In this document: positions 1 through 6,073 of the stretch, piece after piece | How positions within the stretch are numbered: the stretch's first letter is position 1 | Layout of the letters: every line of letters starts with the position of its first letter | Assembly (NCBI GenBank): GCA_036337435.1 | Contig: JAYZEG010000073.1 | Span: 1-15,546, forward strand | DNA length: 15,546 bases | Direction: 5' to 3' | Source: Myxococcota bacterium | GTDB lineage: Bacteria; Myxococcota_A; Bradymonadia; UBA7976; UBA1532 | Made by a program: the position numbers and the translations under genes | The notes under the pieces: model-generated | The model's input: only the letters and a program-made list of their open reading frames with translations | Told to the model about the DNA's origin: nothing | Database searches by the model: none

Positions 1-1
1 C

Positions 2-568
2 CGCCACAGCCTCGAGGTCGGAGACAGCCTGAATTCCGGCCACGGCTGAGGGTTCGCTCGATAAAATGCCTTTTTCATCGAGCCAAAAGACCCAGGGGAC
101 ATCCTCATGAGGCCCTCCGATCCCTGTATCATCACTGATGACGAGCGTTTCTCCCAGGTCGGGCAGATAGACAGCACCGCTGATCTCCATGCGTGTTTTG
201 GTGCGCAGATCATCTGGCACTTGGACCGGCTGCGGGGTTTCGGATGCGGCGGGGTCTGTCGTCGATTTGGGCGGCTCACTCCCCTGGGGCGGCTCAACCT
301 GCCCAGCTGTATTTGCGAGGGGGGCTGGGACCGGAGGCGTGGGTCGCGTTCCTGGTCGTGGTTCTGCGCTTACAACTTCTCCAGGGAGAAGACGATTCTC
401 GTCGAGCAGAACATGGATAGCGCGTCCATACTCTGGGATTCGAGGATGCCGCCACAAGCGCGCCGGCAGCTGGACTATCGTACTGCCCACATTGGATACG
501 ACCCCTGTCAATGAACCGAGATGGGCCATGCGCCCCCTAGATTTGAGGGCCATTTGCTGACCGACACG
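2..568 (-). CDS. In-frame C-terminal continuation of the HlyD-type protein (MFP beta-barrel, Pro-rich linker, start of a beta-propeller-like domain); partial, runs off the left edge
   Basis: My translation of the same frame past the TGA at 569-571 gives 189 stop-free codons: RVGQQMALKS...LTGVVSNVGSTIVQLPARLWRHPRIPEYGRAIHVLLDENRLLPGEVVSAE (MFP barrel end, LxPG motif), a P/T/S-rich linker (about 361-236), then MEISGAVYLPDLGETLVISDDTG...PWVFWLD...VSDLEAVA. The ExSG / SDD / DLEx motifs resemble SdiA-regulated, DUF3616 and phytase-like propellers. It is missing from the ORF track because it has no stop inside the window. A possible restart ATG at 553 lacks a clear RBS. Confidence 0.8.
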
Positions 569-1423
569 TCATGGGCGGTGCTGCATCTCTGGCATATATG
601 CAGTGACTCTTAGGCTCTGAGTCTCCACCAACTCAATCACGGGCGTCCCTGCGACGACGGAATGTCCACGGGTTGCCAACACTTGAGTGACTTGCCCTGC
701 AAGCGGGGCTTTGATCGTGCGCCGTTTCATTCGGTCCAGGAGACCGTTGATGACCTGACTTTGTTTTTTCAGGCGGGCTTTAAAGGGGGCTAAACGAACC
801 GCGGACTGGTCTTGATTTAACCTTTTTACCGCCTCAGCGAGCTGCTGCGTTAATAATTTGTAGCCTGTAATGGCTTTAGGGCTGTGACGGCTTGCTCTAG
901 CCAGTCTAGCTTGTCGGGTTCTGAGCTGGGCGAGAGACTCTAAGGCGGCAACCCCCGCACGTTCAGCAATAGACAAACGCTTGAGTTGTTGTCCGAGTGT
1001 GTAAAGCTCAGCTCGTTGGCTCGCCGTCACGGCTTGCGCATTGGAATGTTGCGCTGTCGCTTGAGCTTGGCGAGACTGGAGCTCGATTCTGTCTTTTCCG
1101 AGGTCACTCAGGTACGCCTGTGATGCGGCCTCCATCTCAGCCGTCATCTCAAGCAACTGCGCTCTGGCGACGTCCAATTGAGCCGTCAAATCGTGCCGGC
1201 TCATCTGTATGAGAGACTCACCCGGCCCCACATGCTGTCCTGGACGGACCAGTATCTGCTCGACGACAGCCATTTCACTCAGCGAGAGTTGGTGGGTCTG
1301 CGCGTTGACCAACCCCTTAAGTTCAGCCCGACTCTCGTCGTGTCTGAGCCACAGGAACAGACTGGCCAATGCAGCCAGTACCCACACGCCGAAGCTTAAG
1401 ATTTTTCTCGTACGCAGATTCAT
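569..1423 (-). CDS. HlyD/EmrA-type periplasmic adaptor (membrane fusion protein), N-terminal part, interrupted by an in-frame TGA
   Basis: N-terminal TM anchor (ILSFGVWVLAALASLFLWL), first lipoyl half-motif VVEQILVRPGQHVGPGESLIQM, long Q/A/L-rich coiled coil, second half-motif IKAPLAGQVTQV..GHSVVAGTPVIEL. The start ATG overlaps the upstream TGA (ATGA, 1420-1423). The stop at 569-571 falls inside the beta-barrel. Confidence 0.88.
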   Translation of the reverse strand: MNLRTRKILSFGVWVLAALASLFLWLRHDESRAELKGLVNAQTHQLSLSEMAVVEQILVRPGQHVGPGESLIQMSRHDLTAQLDVARAQLLEMTAEMEAASQAYLSDLGKDRIELQSRQAQATAQHSNAQAVTASQRAELYTLGQQLKRLSIAERAGVAALESLAQLRTRQARLARASRHSPKAITGYKLLTQQLAEAVKRLNQDQSAVRLAPFKARLKKQSQVINGLLDRMKRRTIKAPLAGQVTQVLATRGHSVVAGTPVIELVETQSLRVTAYMPEMQHRP

Positions 1424-2106
1424 AACTCAGTGTGGGCGTCTTGAAGCATTAAGGTGAGGCCGCCGATTCCGGGTATTTGAGCCAGGGAGTCGACGAGTGT
1501 GTCGTGGGCATCCAAGGTTTTGAGTTTGACTTGATACGCGTATTCTAAGGCATCCCCCCGCCCAACATCCCGTACGGCAACGAGGACAAAACTGCGACAG
1601 TACGGGCCAAGGATTGCCTTGATTGTCTCTGCGCCTCCCGCCTCCCGGGGCAGCCAAAATCTAAGCATGCCATCGAAACGCTGGGTTCGACCCATCGGAC
1701 TCCATTCGACCACAAGCGCAGCCAATGAGAAAATGGCCGTACCAACGCAGGCAATGGCAAAGGCGCGTACGCCCGATGCGATTCCAATGGACAAGGCCGC
1801 AAACACAAAAATCATGTCTCGACTGTCTCGGACATTGGTTCTGAATCTCACCAGTGCCATCGTACCAAGAATCCCCAAACCTCGAGCTAAGTTATCGCCG
1901 ATGGCGAGCATGAGAATGGTGGCGACAATGGCGCCAAGGATTAACGATTGGACAAAGCTCCGTGAGTAGCTCAAGCCTTGATAGGTCTTCTGATAGACAT
2001 AGGCGATGATGGACCCAAGGACAAACGCCGACATGAGGCAGAGCACCGCTTGTTCAATCGTGGCCGGACTTAACCCTGTCGAGAACAAATTCTGTGTCTC
2101 GCTCAT
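1420..2106 (-). CDS. DUF4956 domain membrane protein (MgtC/SapB-like TM bundle plus C-terminal ACT-like domain)
   Basis: Signature IGDNLARGLGILGTMALVRFRTNVRDSRDMIFVF, 4-5 hydrophobic segments and a soluble C-terminal domain. Start reassigned to ATG 2106 (MSETQ), which has GGAGG 9 nt upstream and an ATGA overlap with the VTC stop. Confidence 0.9.
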   Translation of the reverse strand: MSETQNLFSTGLSPATIEQAVLCLMSAFVLGSIIAYVYQKTYQGLSYSRSFVQSLILGAIVATILMLAIGDNLARGLGILGTMALVRFRTNVRDSRDMIFVFAALSIGIASGVRAFAIACVGTAIFSLAALVVEWSPMGRTQRFDGMLRFWLPREAGGAETIKAILGPYCRSFVLVAVRDVGRGDALEYAYQVKLKTLDAHDTLVDSLAQIPGIGGLTLMLQDAHTEL

Positions 2107-2894
2107 GACGAAATGCCTCCGACTCGATCGGTCCAAGTCGACACACCCATATGCTTCAGCTCGGGTCGAGTGACTTCAACGGAGGTGGCATATTTGCTAA
2201 AACCCATGCGCTTTAGGCTAAACCGATTGACCACATCGGTCATCCAAAACGGGACGCTGGTTGTACACTTCAGTTCTAAAACCACGCCCGAGCCACCCAA
2301 GCCAAATCGACGTGGTGCATCCTCTCGGTACCAGCATTGATCATCCTCGATGGGTATCTCCATGCCGGTGGCAGCAGCACCCACGATATTATAGTCGAAG
2401 GTGACACGCCCGTAGTCATCGGTGGTGCTGACCCAAGCCTCGCGCTCGTATCGAACGACGGTGTTGGGACTGGCCATCGTTTGTAGAACGGTATTGATAA
2501 AGGTGTCATAGGCCAGGCATTGCTGGGTGTTTAAGCCGAGATGGGTCCACTCTCTGGGATCGTCAATAATCGATGGCCAACTACCAGCAGGAATCGGACA
2601 GCGTGTTTTCCGCACAATGTCCATCATGCGACGCTTCACCTCGAGAAAATAGGGCCCTGATTTATAGCGCCGAACCCGAATTTTAAATCGGCGCGGTACT
2701 CGGGTTCTGGTCTCTCGATACAACCGTTGATCCGGCGTATCAAAATAGAGGCTCGAGATGGTGTACCGACCATCATCGCCTGCCGTGTCTGGCCTGCAAA
2801 ATGGCTTGATCACCTCACGAACCTGCGCGACCTGATGGGGCATCAGTCGATACTTCATCTCGTATCGCTCAATGGTGGACATATCGGAACTCAT
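2103..2894 (-). CDS. VTC-domain (CYTH/TTM superfamily) polyphosphate polymerase-like protein
   Basis: Motifs ERYEMKY, ISSLYFDTPD, FKIRVRRY, FLEVKR, VRYEREAW, RVTFD, VVLELK and FSKY appear in the order typical of bacterial VTC-domain proteins. No TM segment or signal peptide. Alternative start at Met 2882. Confidence 0.92.
   Translation of the reverse strand: MSSDMSTIERYEMKYRLMPHQVAQVREVIKPFCRPDTAGDDGRYTISSLYFDTPDQRLYRETRTRVPRRFKIRVRRYKSGPYFLEVKRRMMDIVRKTRCPIPAGSWPSIIDDPREWTHLGLNTQQCLAYDTFINTVLQTMASPNTVVRYEREAWVSTTDDYGRVTFDYNIVGAAATGMEIPIEDDQCWYREDAPRRFGLGGSGVVLELKCTTSVPFWMTDVVNRFSLKRMGFSKYATSVEVTRPELKHMGVSTWTDRVGGISS
2116..2120 (-). promoter_or_regulatory. Shine-Dalgarno site (GGAGG) for the DUF4956 gene
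   Basis: cctcc on the + strand at 2116-2120, 9 nt upstream of ATG 2106. Confidence 0.75.
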
Positions 2895-2994
2895 AGCCCC
2901 CCATTAAACCCCAGGATCAGGACCTGCACAATAAAAGCACTTAAATCCGTATCCTTCGGTTCAAATCCGCCCCATTCAAGCCGCCGTCATGGAA

Positions 2995-4860
2995 TCAGCG
3001 CCCTCCACCCCAGACGCCCACGTCAAATCGCCCTCTGATAGGCGCGCCGTTGACCGTTGAGGCTTCATCGAAAGTCAGAATACCTTGATGACATCCACCA
3101 AGGGGGGTGACAGCATTGTTTCGTGGATTAAAGATGTTGACTCCGCAAAAGTTCTCTTCTGCGCCAAAATCAATCTCGACCCCAGTCCGAACCGATTCGA
3201 GGGGTACGACCATCACGAAAAAGTAAATTTGGCCGTCCTGCAACACCATTGGAATGATCAACTGAGCAGCTCGGTCCGATTCGGGCTGGAAACCCATCGC
3301 GGACCCGACACGTTCCACGTTGATGTCTTGCTCGTCGAGTGTCATCGAGAGCATACCGGTCCCCGTCTCGAAGAGATCGTCGTTGGGAAAAGACCCCCAA
3401 GTCGTTTCAAACTGACCTGACGCCGACCCGAACTCTGATTGGCATAGACCACCGCGGAGGTCGACAGTCCACTCGATCGGTCCCACCTCAAGTTCATAGC
3501 GCATGGCGACACCATGGGATTCCAAAAAGTTTAGAACATAAGTCAAATTATCATAAAACGCATCCAACCGATTCGCACGCACAGCGGACCCAAAAACACT
3601 GACCATCTCGTCGATGGAGGCCTCCAGCTCATCAACCCGCCAATGGGTATCCACCAACGAGGCCAAGCGCTCAAGATAGCGTCGCCGACCCTCGGGATGT
3701 AAGTACAGACGACGGCATAACAAGCCTGCAGCATTGACGGTTCTCGGCGCCGGCTGGCGCTCCTCGAAGAAGAGGATGGGTGTCTGAAAAGTCCCATCTG
3801 TTCCCCACGGAATGAACTGAATCAGACCTGAGGTGGGATCGTCGTAGAAATGGAAATTATTGGTATTACCCGAATACCCATCCCAATGTGCAACCATGAT
3901 CTCAACCGCCCAAAACGTAATAAACGCGTCTAGGTCGATGATTTCAGAGAGCCTGTCTAGTAGACGGTCATCAGGTTCCTGAAGCGCGTCCGTCAAGGCA
4001 TTAATCGAATCAAAGTTTGGTTCATCTTCGTTGGTCTTCTGCCGAATGGTGCCTGTCCAACCCACCCGAAAATCACTGAGGGTTCCCTCATAAAGATTGC
4101 CCTCATCGTCGTCAAAGTTCCGGCGGATGAATGGTTTTTTTAAGCTCTCGACATTAACGTAAACGCCCATGTCTTCCCCGTTGAGCACAACATGTGCGAA
4201 GTTACATCTCGGCGCAGCAATCCCCGCAGCCCTAAACAGGTCATAGGACAAACATTGTCGTACGAAAGCTGGGTCCTGTCTTGAGTTATTTAAGGTCAAG
4301 CGCTTCATGTCGAGATAGGTTTGGTCATCGACATATTTGTCGAATTTAACTTTAAAAGATGGTTTCGACGCGCTGACAGACCCAAAAAATCCTTTTTTTC
4401 GAATCCCCACATTTTCAAACTGCTCACCGTTTACGCTGACCCGGGCTGAGAACCATGTATATGGCGATGGGGGCAATGTACACTCTGGGGCTAGAATATT
4501 GAGTCCGGCGCGACGTTGAAAGCGAAGCGCATTGTAATCAGCAGGATCCATCTCGATATTGACTTCGAGCAAAGTGGTTCGCGCATAGACTTCATCTGAG
4601 CGATCAGACCCTCTTGAAGCATCGACTAGGTCAGGTCCGCCAAGGTCCGATGCTGAGGGTACACCGCCATCTGATTCGAGAGTGCCTTGGTCTGAATTAA
4701 GACCCCCCTGATAAGCATCTATGGGTCCGCTATCTTGCCCAACGGAGGCCGCAGCGTCCGAGTCACGAGTCGTGTCACACCCAGACTGGACCCACACCAT
4801 CATCCAGCATAAACCGAGAGTGCCAAACCTGTGGAACCATCTTGAAACCAATGCTTTCAT
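2995..4860 (-). CDS. CotH-family atypical kinase, predicted lipoprotein (variant active-site motifs), with an uncharacterised C-terminal beta-rich domain
   Basis: Lipobox-like VQSG-C, acidic D-x-G linker, then CotH motifs VGIRKKG, KPSFKVKF, KRLTLNN, DPAFVRQ, APRCNFAHVVLNG..GVYVNVE, GNLYEG, HWDGY, NNFHFY and FIPWGTD. RBS AAGGGAAGG about 8 nt upstream of ATG 4860. Confidence 0.9.
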   Translation of the reverse strand: MKALVSRWFHRFGTLGLCWMMVWVQSGCDTTRDSDAAASVGQDSGPIDAYQGGLNSDQGTLESDGGVPSASDLGGPDLVDASRGSDRSDEVYARTTLLEVNIEMDPADYNALRFQRRAGLNILAPECTLPPSPYTWFSARVSVNGEQFENVGIRKKGFFGSVSASKPSFKVKFDKYVDDQTYLDMKRLTLNNSRQDPAFVRQCLSYDLFRAAGIAAPRCNFAHVVLNGEDMGVYVNVESLKKPFIRRNFDDDEGNLYEGTLSDFRVGWTGTIRQKTNEDEPNFDSINALTDALQEPDDRLLDRLSEIIDLDAFITFWAVEIMVAHWDGYSGNTNNFHFYDDPTSGLIQFIPWGTDGTFQTPILFFEERQPAPRTVNAAGLLCRRLYLHPEGRRRYLERLASLVDTHWRVDELEASIDEMVSVFGSAVRANRLDAFYDNLTYVLNFLESHGVAMRYELEVGPIEWTVDLRGGLCQSEFGSASGQFETTWGSFPNDDLFETGTGMLSMTLDEQDINVERVGSAMGFQPESDRAAQLIIPMVLQDGQIYFFVMVVPLESVRTGVEIDFGAEENFCGVNIFNPRNNAVTPLGGCHQGILTFDEASTVNGAPIRGRFDVGVWGGGR

Positions 4861-5122
4861 GGAATGAAACCTTCCCTTAACGGTGAACCGGATTGAGCAA
4901 CGATAACACAGATCGCTTTTTTTGCCTGAGTTGCTTCGAGAACAACCAAGACCAGACGCACTGCGTGTTCGGTTTGAGTGGAGGTGTGGGTCCGTTGGCC
5001 ACCGTCAGTCTGGACCTAGCCGAAAAACCAAACAGTTTTGGATATCCTCAACCACTCATGACTGTCAGGTGCAATCACGCCGCTCCGAATTCTACGCCAG
5101 GCGCAATGCTGGATGTTGGCCA

Positions 5123-5656
5123 TTAGAAGCTGCTTAACATCACGAAGAAGGCAAGTATCGAGACTGGGATTGCCGCCAGTGTGACAGCCGTGACCTTGAC
5201 GGGGGGATGGGCTGGGTCAACGGCCGCCGTAGCCCGATTTCTGAGTCGGCTAATCAAGGGACCGATGAATAATTCGGCGATGATCACAGCGTAAAATAAA
5301 GTCAGCAAAGCAACGGCCATGGCCGGTCCTATACTCTTCGGGTCGTCCATATTTGCAAGCATCGAGATCATACCGATCAGAGACCCCAAAACACCGCTGG
5401 CCGACGCGATAATCCGGACACTCGACAGGACACCGATGTGAACCCGAGCGTCCTGGTCTGAAAGCGGGCCCCGACCGAAAGCGGTCTTCAAGGCGGCCGC
5501 GATGGACCCGGGAGATTGATACGCACAGGAGAAGAAAATGGTGCCCCCGAAGACGTATGCAACACTTGGTAAATCGATATAAAGCCTGACTTCTCCCCCG
5601 TAAGACATGGCACCGAGCACGACGCCGATGCCCAAAACACCAAAAAGAATTCCCAT
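5123..5656 (-). CDS. Short MotA/PomA-like (MotA/TolQ/ExbB family) membrane protein, 177 aa
   Basis: DLPSVAYVFGGT (MotA TM2-like) and GVLGSLIGMISMLANMDDPKSIGPAMAVALLTLFYA..FIGPLISRL (PomA TM3-TM4-like). Start reassigned to ATG 5656 (MGILF), preceded by GGGGAGAGAG. Confidence 0.85.
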   Translation of the reverse strand: MGILFGVLGIGVVLGAMSYGGEVRLYIDLPSVAYVFGGTIFFSCAYQSPGSIAAALKTAFGRGPLSDQDARVHIGVLSSVRIIASASGVLGSLIGMISMLANMDDPKSIGPAMAVALLTLFYAVIIAELFIGPLISRLRNRATAAVDPAHPPVKVTAVTLAAIPVSILAFFVMLSSF

Positions 5657-6073
5657 ACTCTCTCCCCTTCGTTGCCATGCTACTGCATGGACGCAGATTG
5701 ATTGTGAGATCTCACACTCGAAGACGCCGACTCGTCTTCTGCGGTTCAAATTTTGCCCGACCACTTGTCGCCCAGAGCATGGCCGCAGGCCGACTCATGA
5801 GACCCGTCTTCACCAGTGCCCTACCAAAGATTAACGAATGTTTGGGCCCACGTCCTGAACTGAGCAAAAATTCCCACAAGGTCAGCGTGTTTGGCAGACA
5901 GCACCGACTTGATTCCAATGAGTACACACCTGCCCACGAACCCGGTTCGCGTTGTGGCCCCACAATCGCAAAAAGACCCGCTTTTGCCCCGATGATTCAA
6001 GCATGCTCATGGGGTCTTGTATTTGATCATAGTAGCGTGTTTTGATCGGGCATCGATTCGCAGTGAGTGTTCG

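Noticed and set aside
269..296. 10-bp direct repeat gggcggctca at 269 and 287
   Set aside because: It encodes the EPP..EPP duplication in a low-complexity linker. Two copies only, so not an array.
107..560. Plus-strand ORFs 107-514, 189-560 and 193-420
   Set aside because: They are antisense shadows of the minus-strand MFP continuation and have no recognisable motifs.
569..571. Alternative genetic code (TGA = Trp or Gly) or selenocysteine
   Set aside because: TGA ends several intact genes here, including two ATGA overlaps, and Trp is encoded by TGG. The position is a structural hydrophobic site rather than a Cys-equivalent, and the downstream hairpin lacks a SECIS-like loop.
4956..4966. Palindrome ACGCA-C-TGCGT upstream of the first cotH, compared with TGTCA-G-TGACA upstream of the second
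   Set aside because: Only the central CA-S-TG is shared and the distances to the starts differ. This is too weak to call a common operator.
4893..5137. Small plus-strand ORFs (77 aa with CLSC; 71 aa)
   Set aside because: Both have TTG starts without an RBS, lie opposite to both flanking genes and show no domain signal. The region is more likely the cotH promoter and leader.
5123..5764. Zorya ZorA, or a flagellar or gliding motor operon
   Set aside because: There is no long ZorA tail and no ZorB/MotB/OmpA-domain gene, defence gene or flagellar gene nearby. The 36-aa N-terminal extension in the ORF track is unlikely given the RBS at ATG 5656.
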